Assembly: GCA_021831595.1 (NCBI GenBank)
Contig: JAKBMK010000022.1
Coordinates: forward strand, 1 to 61,456
Length of the DNA: 61,456 bases
Source of the DNA: a bacterium
GTDB lineage: Bacteria > Patescibacteriota > Minisyncoccia > Phycocordibacterales > UBA9973
Direction: 5' to 3'
Under the pieces are notes generated by a model. The model saw only the letters and a list, made by a program, of their open reading frames with translations. It did not search any database and was not told the DNA's origin. Of this stretch, positions 48,135-57,088 are shown one piece after another; the stretch's first letter is position 1; each line of letters starts with the position of its first letter. Position numbers and translations under genes: made by a program.

Positions 48135-48506
48135 ATGAAAAAGTTAAGAGCAATCAGAGGATTAGTAGGTTTTAGAGAATTCCTTAAGAATCAAGGAATT
48201 CTAACACTAGCGATAGGTTTCATTCTTGGAGGAGCGATTTCTAAGTTCGTATCATCGTTAGTTACAGATGTCATCTACCCTATTATGAATGGACTTATGG
48301 GTGGAGTAAACGATTTGAATTCAGAAGTCTATCATATGGGCAAAACTTCTATATATTATGGACGATTCCTAAACAACGGCATAGACTTCATAGTCATCGC
48401 CCTTGTGGTATACGCAGGAGTCAAACTAATGAGAATAGACCAAGAACAAATAGGCAAAATGGATATAGGTAAGATAAATGCCTTAAATGTACCAACTAAA
48501 AAGTAA
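48135..48506 (+). CDS. MscL-like mechanosensitive channel (divergent paralog)
   Basis: 123 aa. FLKNQGILTLAIGFILGGAISKFVSSLVTDVIYPI is MscL TM1-like. TATAAT lies 7 nt upstream. Confidence 0.65.
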   Translation: MKKLRAIRGLVGFREFLKNQGILTLAIGFILGGAISKFVSSLVTDVIYPIMNGLMGGVNDLNSEVYHMGKTSIYYGRFLNNGIDFIVIALVVYAGVKLMRIDQEQIGKMDIGKINALNVPTKK

Positions 48507-48564
48507 ATCCCAATCATATACCCTTCAAACCCCTTGCGTTTGGAGGGTATTTATGATAGTATTT

Positions 48565-48589
48565 AGTTTATCTAACTATTAGATAAACT
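48565..48589. promoter_or_regulatory. 10-5-10 palindrome upstream of marR (candidate MarR operator)
   Basis: AGTTTATCTA-actat-TAGATAAACT, ending 10 nt before the ATG. Confidence 0.5.
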
Positions 48590-48598
48590 TATAAAACT

Positions 48599-49012
48599 AT
48601 GAAAAACAAACAAAATATAGACGATATGTTAATAGCCTTTCGTCAGAATATGACGAACTCGTTGTTCAAAGAAGCTAAAGGTAGTGGACTTTCCCTTTCT
48701 CACTTTGAAATCCTTATCTACATAATGCACCGAGGTGAAGTCACAATGAAAGATATTGCCGAGTGGCTCCACATCACTCCCCCTTCGGCAAGCAGTCTGG
48801 TAGAAGTATTGGTAAAGAAGAAGTTGGTAACGAGAACTCAGTCAGACAAAGACAGAAGAACCGTCCACATCACATTAAACAAAGAAGCTCATAAACTCAT
48901 CGGCTCAATCCACAAAAAGAAAATGACTGTTTTTAAAAAAATGCTTTCTAAATTAAATAAAGAAGACGAGGCCGACTTAATTCGCATTTTAAACAAATGC
49001 ATAACAAATTAA
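48599..49012 (+). CDS. MarR-family transcriptional regulator
   Basis: 137 aa. wHTH with MKDIAEWLHITPPSASSLVEVLVKKKLV...DKDRR. Confidence 0.85.
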   Translation: MKNKQNIDDMLIAFRQNMTNSLFKEAKGSGLSLSHFEILIYIMHRGEVTMKDIAEWLHITPPSASSLVEVLVKKKLVTRTQSDKDRRTVHITLNKEAHKLIGSIHKKKMTVFKKMLSKLNKEDEADLIRILNKCITN

Positions 49013-49017
49013 ATTGT

Positions 49018-50001
49018 ATGAAAAACAAAATTATAAAGACATTATCAAGACCAAAGATTGTTATCCCAGTGTATGCTCTAATATTGATAGTTGTCATTGG
49101 TCTCAATTACAAAAATATAGGTAAGGCTCCAATAGTAGAAGAGCAGATAGATAGCAAGACTGGATTCACAGAAAATGTAGCAAATACAATAAACCTCAGT
49201 TTCCCAAAGAGCGGAAGAATAGAGAAAGTTTCTGTGGCGTTAGGGCAAACGGTACACAAAGGAGAAGTCCTTGCCAAACTTGTGTCTCCCGATGGAGAGG
49301 GCCTTGTAGCCCAAGCCAAAGGAGCTCTGGATCTGGCCGAAGCACAGTATGCATCACTTAATCTTCAATACAAAAATGCAAAATCACAGCAAGACTTAAT
49401 AGTGAAAAATGCCTATCAAACTTTATTATCTAGCGGACTCGAAGGAGTACCCAGCGAACAAGATCAGAACACTCCTATCATCACTAGTACATACAGCTGC
49501 GATAAGGAAGGAAAATACGAAATCAATCCTTATCAGTCAGGAGATAGTGATACAGGATTATCAGCGACATATAAAGGATTAGAAAATGGAACTCTAAGTA
49601 TTAAATATGATAATCCTGTCCCACTTGGAAATTGCGGACTTCAAATCAAATGGAAACATGTCACCTATTTTAGACCAGATATAAAATGGACAATAGATAT
49701 TCCTAATACAAAAAGTTCCGTATATCTAGCAAACAAAAATGCTTATGAATTAGCAAAAGAAACCAGAGATAAAGTCCTCTCAGAATTGCTCACAACAATC
49801 GGAAATGGCGAAGGAGGAAATAGTGTAGCAACTGCACAAATAAACGCAGCAAAAGGTGCCTACGAAGCAGCCCTAGGAACATATCAGAATAATTTGATAA
49901 TAGCTCCCGTAGACGGAATCATAAGCTTCATAGATAAAGATTTAAAAGTTGGTCAATCTGTCGCCCCAAATAAAAATATTATAACTATAAACACAAAATA
50001 A
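49018..50001 (+). CDS. HlyD-like periplasmic adaptor / efflux accessory protein
   Basis: ORF trimmed to MKNKIIKTL. Signal anchor, GRIEKVSVALGQTVHKGEVLAKL lipoyl-like hairpin, and APVDGIISF. Confidence 0.6.
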   Translation: MKNKIIKTLSRPKIVIPVYALILIVVIGLNYKNIGKAPIVEEQIDSKTGFTENVANTINLSFPKSGRIEKVSVALGQTVHKGEVLAKLVSPDGEGLVAQAKGALDLAEAQYASLNLQYKNAKSQQDLIVKNAYQTLLSSGLEGVPSEQDQNTPIITSTYSCDKEGKYEINPYQSGDSDTGLSATYKGLENGTLSIKYDNPVPLGNCGLQIKWKHVTYFRPDIKWTIDIPNTKSSVYLANKNAYELAKETRDKVLSELLTTIGNGEGGNSVATAQINAAKGAYEAALGTYQNNLIIAPVDGIISFIDKDLKVGQSVAPNKNIITINTK

Positions 50002-50006
50002 AAATC

Positions 50007-50642
50007 ATGGAAAATCCTAATAAAGAAAGTATGTTTGCAAAACCGTGGGTCCAAAGCGTAAGTGGAATAATCGTTCTAACATTGTTATCTATTGCTTTTA
50101 TATATTTTAAGATAATTTCATCATATATAAGTGTAGAGAATAGTACTATTTCTGCTCCTGTCATATCTATCAGCACAGAAACTTCTGGTGTTTTGGATGA
50201 AGTTTATGTAAAAGAAGGAGATGAAGTAAAGACGGGAGAGCCTCTCGCCCGCGTCGGAGCTGAAATCTTAAAATCTAAAATAAATGGAATAATCATCTAC
50301 ACAAGTAATACACCTGGACAAGTTTTTAACTCTTCACAACCTATTATCAAAATGATAAATCCTGAAGACTTAAGAGTTGTGGGCACAATAAAGGAAAATT
50401 CTGGCCTCTCCAAGATAGAAGTTGGAGATCCTGTATCTTTTACTGTCGATGCATATGATGGTGAGAAATTTACAGGAATAGTAGAAGAAATAAGTGAAAC
50501 ATCTAAGGATAGTAGTGTCGTCTTCAGTATCTCAGACAAGAGAGAAGTGAAGGAGTTCACTGTTAAGGTAAGATATAACACATCTACAAATTCAAAATTT
50601 AAGAATGGGATGTCGGCTAAAATAAAAATTTATAAAAGTTAA
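50007..50642 (+). CDS. HlyD-family secretion/adaptor protein (short)
   Basis: 211 aa. GVLDEVYVKEGDEVKTGEPLARV and a beta-barrel part. Confidence 0.65.
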   Translation: MENPNKESMFAKPWVQSVSGIIVLTLLSIAFIYFKIISSYISVENSTISAPVISISTETSGVLDEVYVKEGDEVKTGEPLARVGAEILKSKINGIIIYTSNTPGQVFNSSQPIIKMINPEDLRVVGTIKENSGLSKIEVGDPVSFTVDAYDGEKFTGIVEEISETSKDSSVVFSISDKREVKEFTVKVRYNTSTNSKFKNGMSAKIKIYKS

Positions 50643-50648
50643 TTATTT

Positions 50649-52133
50649 ATGAAAGAAACCAAGCAGAGTAGCCTGCGATGGTGGATACTGCTGACAGTTA
50701 TCATCGGAACATTCCTGGGACGTCTCGATCAGACAATCGTCAACCTAGCACTTCCTAAAATTATTGATGAATTCAGTATCACTGTTTCATCTGCTGGGTG
50801 GATTGCAACAGCCTATATACTCGCTAATGCTGTCTTCGTCCCTATCTGGGGCAAACTCGGTGATACTATCGGTAGAAAAAAGGTCTACATCTTGGGTTTT
50901 ACAATTTTTATAGTGGGTTCAGTCTTGGCAGGATTTGCTTGGAACCTTTCTTCGATGATTGTCTTTCGTGTTATACAAGCTATCGCTGGATCGGCCGACT
51001 ATCCGACAGCTATGGCTATCATTGCCGTTACTTTCAAAGAAGGTAAAGAGAGGGCTCAGGCTCTCGGATTCTGGTCTGCATCATTTGCGGCCGCTTCAGT
51101 CTTCGGTCCCCTTTTGGGTGGACCCCTCATCGATGCTTTCGGATGGAGATCGGTATTCTTCATAAATTTACCAATCGGAATTGTGGGGACTTTGATGGCA
51201 ATACGCTTCATCAATGAATCAAAATCAGAAATCAAAACAAAATATTTCGACTGGTGGGGTGCAACCACACTTGGAATAATGCTTTCTACTTTGGTTTTAG
51301 TTCTCGACAAAGGATCAGACTGGGGATGGACATCTTTGTATAGTATAATTTCTTACTTTGTAATAATCCTCTTCACAAAAATTTTCATCGAAGTAGAACA
51401 CAGAGCCAAAGAACCAATAGTTGATTTGAATTTCTTTAAAATTCCGGCATTCGTAAATACTCTCATGAACAATTTTGTTGTCTTCATGGGAATGATGGGA
51501 GGAGTTTTTCTTGTACCTATTTTTGCACAGACATTCCTCGGCTATGGAGCTACAGAGTCAGGATACCTCTTCATGCCAATGGCCGCTGCAATGATGCTCG
51601 CTTCCCCGTTGGGTGGTGCATTATCAGGGAGAATACAGGCAAGATATGTCATCTTTGCTAGTACGATAGTAGCAGCTCTAGGACTTTTCCTGTTTTCATT
51701 CTTAGATCCAAGATCAGGACCAATGGCTATCGTTGTTCCTCTTTGTATCATGGCTTTCGGTATGGGGTTCGGCATGGCTCAACGTACAAACATTATCGCT
51801 TCTGTTGTAAAACAAAGCGAGATCGGTATTGCTTCTTCCATTTTGGCAATTGCTAGAAACATCGCCGGGGCCTTTGGTATAGCACTCTTTGGAACCATTT
51901 TAAATAATAGAATAGAGCACAACATCCTCGAAATAAACCGCTACAGTCATTTCTTTGGTACCAGTGTGACTCAATTCAAACAATACACAGCTCTCATAAT
52001 ACTCAAAGCTCAAATCAACGCATATGATTATGTCTTTATCGTATCTAGCTTGGTTGTAGCTATTGGGTCATTTGCCATCCTATGGCTCAAAGTTAAAAAA
52101 GAAAATACTAAAGTACAAGTCCATATAGAATAG
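50649..52133 (+). CDS. MFS drug:H+ antiporter, 14-TM DHA2/EmrB type
   Basis: 494 aa. LDQTIVNLALP, GKLGDTIGRKK and 14 hydrophobic segments. Confidence 0.9.
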   Translation: MKETKQSSLRWWILLTVIIGTFLGRLDQTIVNLALPKIIDEFSITVSSAGWIATAYILANAVFVPIWGKLGDTIGRKKVYILGFTIFIVGSVLAGFAWNLSSMIVFRVIQAIAGSADYPTAMAIIAVTFKEGKERAQALGFWSASFAAASVFGPLLGGPLIDAFGWRSVFFINLPIGIVGTLMAIRFINESKSEIKTKYFDWWGATTLGIMLSTLVLVLDKGSDWGWTSLYSIISYFVIILFTKIFIEVEHRAKEPIVDLNFFKIPAFVNTLMNNFVVFMGMMGGVFLVPIFAQTFLGYGATESGYLFMPMAAAMMLASPLGGALSGRIQARYVIFASTIVAALGLFLFSFLDPRSGPMAIVVPLCIMAFGMGFGMAQRTNIIASVVKQSEIGIASSILAIARNIAGAFGIALFGTILNNRIEHNILEINRYSHFFGTSVTQFKQYTALIILKAQINAYDYVFIVSSLVVAIGSFAILWLKVKKENTKVQVHIE

Positions 52134-52175
52134 AATGTATTAACATATTTCACTAAATACTGTTATAATGTGGAC

Positions 52176-52922
52176 ATGGATGACTTGGAGAATCTAAGAA
52201 AAGAAAACGAGAGATTACAAATGATGAATGAAAATAAGTCTGATCTTATCTCTATCTCAGCACATCAGATTCGTACTTCATTATCTGCATTCAAATGGAC
52301 ACTCCGAATGTTTTTGAATAAAGAATTAGGAGATATAACAGATGAACAGAAAAACTACTTAGATAAAATGATGAGTAACAATGAACATGTTCTTGCTCTA
52401 GTTAACAGTCTTTTAAGTTTGAATCATTCAAGTGACACTTCTATAACCTTTAACTTCAAAAAGATTGATATTGTAAATATGGTTGAAAAAGTAAGCTCCT
52501 TATTCATAGCTGAAACTAAAAACAAGAATATAAACCTGCTCATAGAAAAACCAGAAGAACAAATACCAGAACTCTCTGGTGATGAAGAGATGCTGATAGT
52601 AGTATTCCAGAATTTAATAGAGAATGCTGTTAAATATAGTGATAATGATACAGACATCAAAATATCTCTAACCTATAACAAAGAAGACAACAGTGTCCTT
52701 TTCTCTATTAAGAATAAAGGCATCGGTATAAACAAAGAAGATGAAGGAAATATCTTCAATAAATTCTTTAGAGCTCCAAATGCAATAGCAAAAGAGCATA
52801 TTGGTTCAGGATTTGGCCTATTTGCTACGAAGAACATAGTGGAAAGGCATTGTGGAAAAATATGGTTTGAGAATGAACAGAACCAGGGTACGACGTTTTT
52901 TGTGACATTGCCTATATCTTAA
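52176..52922 (+). CDS. cytoplasmic sensor histidine kinase (HisKA + HATPase_c)
   Basis: ISISAHQIRTSL (H box), N box LIENAVKYS, and G boxes GIGI / GSGFGL. Start set to the ATG 6 nt after TGTTATAAT (52161-52169). Confidence 0.85.
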   Translation: MDDLENLRKENERLQMMNENKSDLISISAHQIRTSLSAFKWTLRMFLNKELGDITDEQKNYLDKMMSNNEHVLALVNSLLSLNHSSDTSITFNFKKIDIVNMVEKVSSLFIAETKNKNINLLIEKPEEQIPELSGDEEMLIVVFQNLIENAVKYSDNDTDIKISLTYNKEDNSVLFSIKNKGIGINKEDEGNIFNKFFRAPNAIAKEHIGSGFGLFATKNIVERHCGKIWFENEQNQGTTFFVTLPIS

Positions 52923-52947
52923 TGAGTATGATATAATTTAAACGCAT

Positions 52948-53313
52948 ATGAAAAAGGTACTTATAATCGAAGATGACAGCTTTCTACTAGACCTAGAAGC
53001 TGCAAAGATCAAAAAGAATAATTATGATGTCCTCGTAGCCCAAACAGGCGAAGATGGCATGAAGAAAATAAAGGAGCCAGATTTAGGCATCATCCTTCTT
53101 GATCTTCTTTTGCCAAATTATGATGGATATGAAATTCTCAAGAAAGTTCGAGCCGATGAATTAACTAAAAAGATTCCTGTTGTCGTCTTCTCTAATTGTG
53201 CTGAACAGAAGGATATAGATAAAGCAATGGAGTTGGGTGCGAATAAATTCATGGTTAAATCCAACTTCTCTCTGGAAGAACTAGTAGAAGAAATAGGTAA
53301 ACTCATCCTCTAA
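52948..53313 (+). CDS. stand-alone response-regulator receiver
   Basis: 121 aa. IIEDD, ILLDLLLP, and K in FMVKS. Confidence 0.85.
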   Translation: MKKVLIIEDDSFLLDLEAAKIKKNNYDVLVAQTGEDGMKKIKEPDLGIILLDLLLPNYDGYEILKKVRADELTKKIPVVVFSNCAEQKDIDKAMELGANKFMVKSNFSLEELVEEIGKLIL

Positions 53314-53338
53314 AACACCATTAAATATGGTGTTTTTT
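53312..53338 (+). terminator. rho-independent terminator
   Basis: AAAACACCAT-taaat-ATGGTGTTTT + TT. Confidence 0.75.
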
Positions 53339-53360
53339 GTTTAAATGCTATAATCACAAT

Positions 53361-55559
53361 ATGAAGTTGGAAGACAAGATAGAACTACATTTTCGTATTG
53401 ATATAAATCAAAAGAAAGCATTAAACACACTTGGAATTAAAACTCTGAGGGATTTGCTCTATCATTTCCCCACAAGATATTCTGATATAAGTGAGGTCAG
53501 GAATATAAATACTTTGACGGATGGAGAAAACGTTACTATCTTAGGTAAATTAACAGATCTTAAAACTAAAAAAGGATTCAAGAGTAAAATCCCGATGGGA
53601 GAAGCTCGTCTTTCTGACCTCACTGGTTCTATCAACATTATATGGTTCCATCAACCCTATTTAGCAAAAATGTTGAAGGAGGGCTCAACCGTCCGAGTAA
53701 CAGGCAAGGTCACAGAAAGTAAAACTTATGGACTAACTCTTACTAATCCTGAGATAAACAAAGAAGACATTTTGCCTATAGATATTCATGATTCTCTATT
53801 CAATAATAAAGAGGCAGAAGTTCAGTTCGGATTCCCTATATATAGTGAAAGTCGCGGAATAACCTCTAAGTGGTTTTACCACGCTATACAGAAGATACTT
53901 AAAGATGATTGTGTAAAAAATATAACTGATTATATTCCAGTAGAAATTTTAAATACTTACAAATTGCCAGCTTTACACACTGCCCTTTTCTGGGTTCATA
54001 TGCCACAGAAGAAAGAACATGCCGAAATCGCCAGAAAAAGATTTGCTTTCGAAGAAGTCTTCTTCATTCAGCTTGCTCGCCAGCAAGAAAGAAAAAAGTA
54101 TGAAGAAAACTTTTCTTATAAATTAAAAATTCCACATAAAGACATTGGGGACTTTGTTTCTCGTTTTCCTTTCACTCCGACAAAAGCCCAAAATGACGCT
54201 ATTAACACAATATTAGAAGACTTTGTGAAAGACAAACCAATGTCACGCCTTATTGAAGGTGATGTAGGTAGTGGAAAAACTTTTGTGGCCGCAACAGTGG
54301 CTTATGCTGTTATCAAAAATAGACCACTTAAAGAAAATGGTGAGAGCCAAAATTTTGGAAATTTACAAGTTGCCTATATGGCACCAACGGAAGTCTTAGC
54401 AACTCAGCTTTTTGAGAATTTTATAAAATATTTTGAGCATACCGGCATTTCTATTGCTCTTATGACAAGCTCAGGCTGTCGTAAATTTCCAAGTAAATCG
54501 GCCCGATGGGAGAATGGTTCACAAATAAAAGATTGGACTCCTATAGCCAAGAATCAGCTTTTAAAATGGATTAAAAATGGCGAAATACCAATAGTTATCG
54601 GTACACACTCACTCATATCAAAATCTGTGGAATTCAAAAATTTAGGATTGGTGATAATTGATGAACAACATCGCTTTGGCACAAACCAAAGAATGAAGCT
54701 GGCTAAAAAAGAAGGCCATGTGCCTCACTATCTTTCAATGACAGCAACCCCTATCCCCCGCACACTTGCTCTCACGATTTATGGAGACCTCGATCTAACT
54801 ATTATCGACCAGATGCCAGAAGGCCGCAAACAAGTCATCACAGAAATAGTTTCTGAAAACAAAAGAGGGAAAGCATATGAAGAAATTAAAAAAGAACTAG
54901 AAGCTGGAAGGCAGCTTTATGTGATTTGTCCGAAGATTGCAGATGGAGATGACGATGAGAAGATAAAACTTGATGTGAAATCTGTTACAACTGAGGCGAA
55001 AAGATTAAAGAAAGATATTTTCCCAAATTACAATATTGATATTATGCACAGCAAGATGACTAAAGAGAAGAAAGAAAAAGTCATGCGTGATTTTGCTGAG
55101 AAGAAAATTGATATATTGGTGTCTACTTCTGTTATTGAAGTTGGCGTAAATGTACCAAATGCAACAATGATAATTATCGAAGGAGCAGAAAGATTTGGTC
55201 TCGCTCAGCTTCACCAACTCCGTGGTAGAGTCATCCGCTCAAACCATCAATCATACTGCTACTTATTTGCCGATGCAAAAAGTGACAAAACCATAGATAG
55301 ACTTAAGGCTCTCACCAAAGCAGCAAGCGGATTCGAGCTTGCAGAACTCGACTTACAGCTCCGCGGAGCAGGGCTTCTTTCTGGAGATAAGCAGTGGGGC
55401 ATCACAGACCTTGGCATGGAAGCAATCAAAAATATTAAAATGGTAGAAGCCGCTCGAACCGAAGCTATCAAAATGATTACCACAGATGTCGACCTAAAAT
55501 CCTTTCCCCTCCTCTCAAAAACCCTCTCTGAAAAGAATCTTAAATTGCATTTTGAATAA
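53361..55559 (+). CDS. recG: ATP-dependent DNA helicase RecG
   Basis: Wedge domain, GDVGSGKT, DEQHRFG and QLRGRVIR. Start set to the ATG 6 nt after TATAAT (53349-53354). Confidence 0.92.
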   Translation: MKLEDKIELHFRIDINQKKALNTLGIKTLRDLLYHFPTRYSDISEVRNINTLTDGENVTILGKLTDLKTKKGFKSKIPMGEARLSDLTGSINIIWFHQPYLAKMLKEGSTVRVTGKVTESKTYGLTLTNPEINKEDILPIDIHDSLFNNKEAEVQFGFPIYSESRGITSKWFYHAIQKILKDDCVKNITDYIPVEILNTYKLPALHTALFWVHMPQKKEHAEIARKRFAFEEVFFIQLARQQERKKYEENFSYKLKIPHKDIGDFVSRFPFTPTKAQNDAINTILEDFVKDKPMSRLIEGDVGSGKTFVAATVAYAVIKNRPLKENGESQNFGNLQVAYMAPTEVLATQLFENFIKYFEHTGISIALMTSSGCRKFPSKSARWENGSQIKDWTPIAKNQLLKWIKNGEIPIVIGTHSLISKSVEFKNLGLVIIDEQHRFGTNQRMKLAKKEGHVPHYLSMTATPIPRTLALTIYGDLDLTIIDQMPEGRKQVITEIVSENKRGKAYEEIKKELEAGRQLYVICPKIADGDDDEKIKLDVKSVTTEAKRLKKDIFPNYNIDIMHSKMTKEKKEKVMRDFAEKKIDILVSTSVIEVGVNVPNATMIIIEGAERFGLAQLHQLRGRVIRSNHQSYCYLFADAKSDKTIDRLKALTKAASGFELAELDLQLRGAGLLSGDKQWGITDLGMEAIKNIKMVEAARTEAIKMITTDVDLKSFPLLSKTLSEKNLKLHFE

Positions 55560-55587
55560 AAAATAACCTCTTAGAGGTTATTTTTTA
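55558..55587. terminator. bidirectional terminator
   Basis: AAAAAATAACCTC-tta-GAGGTTATTTTTT, between convergent genes. Confidence 0.75.
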
Positions 55588-56186
55588 TTCTCTTTAGAAA
55601 CAAATTCTTTAAATTGTTCAATATCTTTTCTAGAACCTAGTATGTGAATATTGTTTGGATCAAAAACAACAAATTCATTCTTATTCATATGGTTTGCTAT
55701 TACTGTATCAAAATTATTTTCTAAAAATTTATTATGATTATCTTGAACTTCTAAAAGTCTTTCATGAGAATTTACATATGGATTATATTTAGGTTTTTCT
55801 CTTTTATCTCTTGCTTCTGATGAATCATTATAAATATGATGGGAATTAATGATAACAGACATTAATTTATCTGCTAACCTAAAATTCTTATGATTTTCAA
55901 TTTTATCTGTAAAATAAAAACCTTCACCAAAACTTAAATTACCCTTAGAAATATAAGACCTATCAAATTCATCAAAATTCTCTCGTGTTGCATGGAATAA
56001 AATATTTTTTAATTTACTCTCTGAGAATACAGTATTTAAATATTCTGAGTACTGTTCTTTTGTGCCAATCTGAAATAATTCTGGATTTTGCTCAAATACA
56101 AAATCAACCCCTTCTTTTATTTTATTTTCAGGAGTTTTTATCTCTTCTATTTTATTCGTTTCTAAACCTGAATTATTGAAATTCAT
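55578..56186 (-). CDS. hypothetical protein, possibly ADP-ribosyltransferase-fold (polyvalent-protein ART-like)
   Basis: ORF 55578-56252 trimmed to MNFNNSG because its first 22 codons are the tRNA. LFHATRENFDEF...GEGFYFTD...NEFVVFDP resembles an H / GxGxYF / E triad. Confidence 0.35.
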   Translation of the reverse strand: MNFNNSGLETNKIEEIKTPENKIKEGVDFVFEQNPELFQIGTKEQYSEYLNTVFSESKLKNILFHATRENFDEFDRSYISKGNLSFGEGFYFTDKIENHKNFRLADKLMSVIINSHHIYNDSSEARDKREKPKYNPYVNSHERLLEVQDNHNKFLENNFDTVIANHMNKNEFVVFDPNNIHILGSRKDIEQFKEFVSKENKK

Positions 56187-56193
56187 ATATTTG

Positions 56194-56267
56194 TCCGTCC
56201 TCCACGACTCGAACGTGGGACCCTCGAGGTATAAGCTCGATGCTCTAACCAACTGAGCTAAGGACGG
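56194..56267 (-). tRNA. tRNA with anticodon UAU (Ile, AUA-reading) as read by hand
   Basis: CCGTCCT-TA-GCTC-AGTTGGTTA-GAGC-A-TCGAG-CTTATAC-CTCGA-GGGTC-CCACG-TTCGAGT-CGTGG-AGGACGG-A. Confidence 0.8.
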
Positions 56268-56325
56268 AAATAATGGTTACTCTGACCTATATAATATAAT
56301 CATATTTTAGATAAAAAGCAACAAG

Positions 56326-56991
56326 TTAATTTTCACTTAAAATATCTTGTATATATTCAAGACCTATTAAAATTTGAGACGCAATAGACTTATCTTCAAC
56401 AATAACAGAACAGGTTCCATGCCCAAACCCATTCTTATAAGAAATAGATGAAAACTTTGACTCTTTTATGTAAGAATTTCTAAATTGTGACGTCGGGATA
56501 TCGAGAGTTTTTGACCAGAACGATATCTGTTCTTTGACTTTCATATCTGAATATAAATGCAATTTCACTCTTAACTTTTCTCTAGGAACATTAAAAAATT
56601 CAAGCCATCTAATAAAAAATACTAACATTTTAGGATTTGTATTTGTAAGTGCAACAGAATAAGATTTTGTTTTAGAGCCCTCTCCCCAATACAAGAAAAA
56701 CCCAGATATTAACAAATCTCTATCTGATAAAGACTTTAATTTATCTTTAATGCCTTTATAAACCAAATCATGCTGAAGATTGCGTTTATTTTGCATCGTA
56801 TTACGATATCTCTCAATTCTCTGAGGACTAAAATCGCGCAATTCTTTTATCCTTTTTTCAGAAAGGGGCATATCAGAAAGCCATTCACTCAAAGTCCCCT
56901 TGCCAATACCAAGCTTTTCTTTTATTTGACTATAACTTAAACCTTTCTGCCTAAGTTTAATAGCTTTTTGTTTATCTAGTTTTCTTGCCAT
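56326..56991 (-). CDS. HTH protein with LAGLIDADG-like endonuclease-type C-terminal region
   Basis: 221 aa. N-terminal resolvase-type HTH (GLSYSQIKEKLGIGKGTLSEWL), then LISGFFLYWGEGSK. Confidence 0.35.
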   Translation of the reverse strand: MARKLDKQKAIKLRQKGLSYSQIKEKLGIGKGTLSEWLSDMPLSEKRIKELRDFSPQRIERYRNTMQNKRNLQHDLVYKGIKDKLKSLSDRDLLISGFFLYWGEGSKTKSYSVALTNTNPKMLVFFIRWLEFFNVPREKLRVKLHLYSDMKVKEQISFWSKTLDIPTSQFRNSYIKESKFSSISYKNGFGHGTCSVIVEDKSIASQILIGLEYIQDILSEN

Positions 56992-57088
56992 AAAATTGAA
57001 CCTTTGGGATTGATATATTTATATTATATCAATAGTTCAGTTATATGCAAACAGCCCCAAAGCAAAGCTTCGGGGCTGTTATTTTTTC

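Noticed and set aside
56187-56252. N-terminal 22 codons of ORF 55578-56252 (MVRASSLYLEGPTFESWRTDKY).
   Set aside because: This stretch is the reverse complement of the tRNA at 56194-56267. The CDS was trimmed to the Met at 56186.
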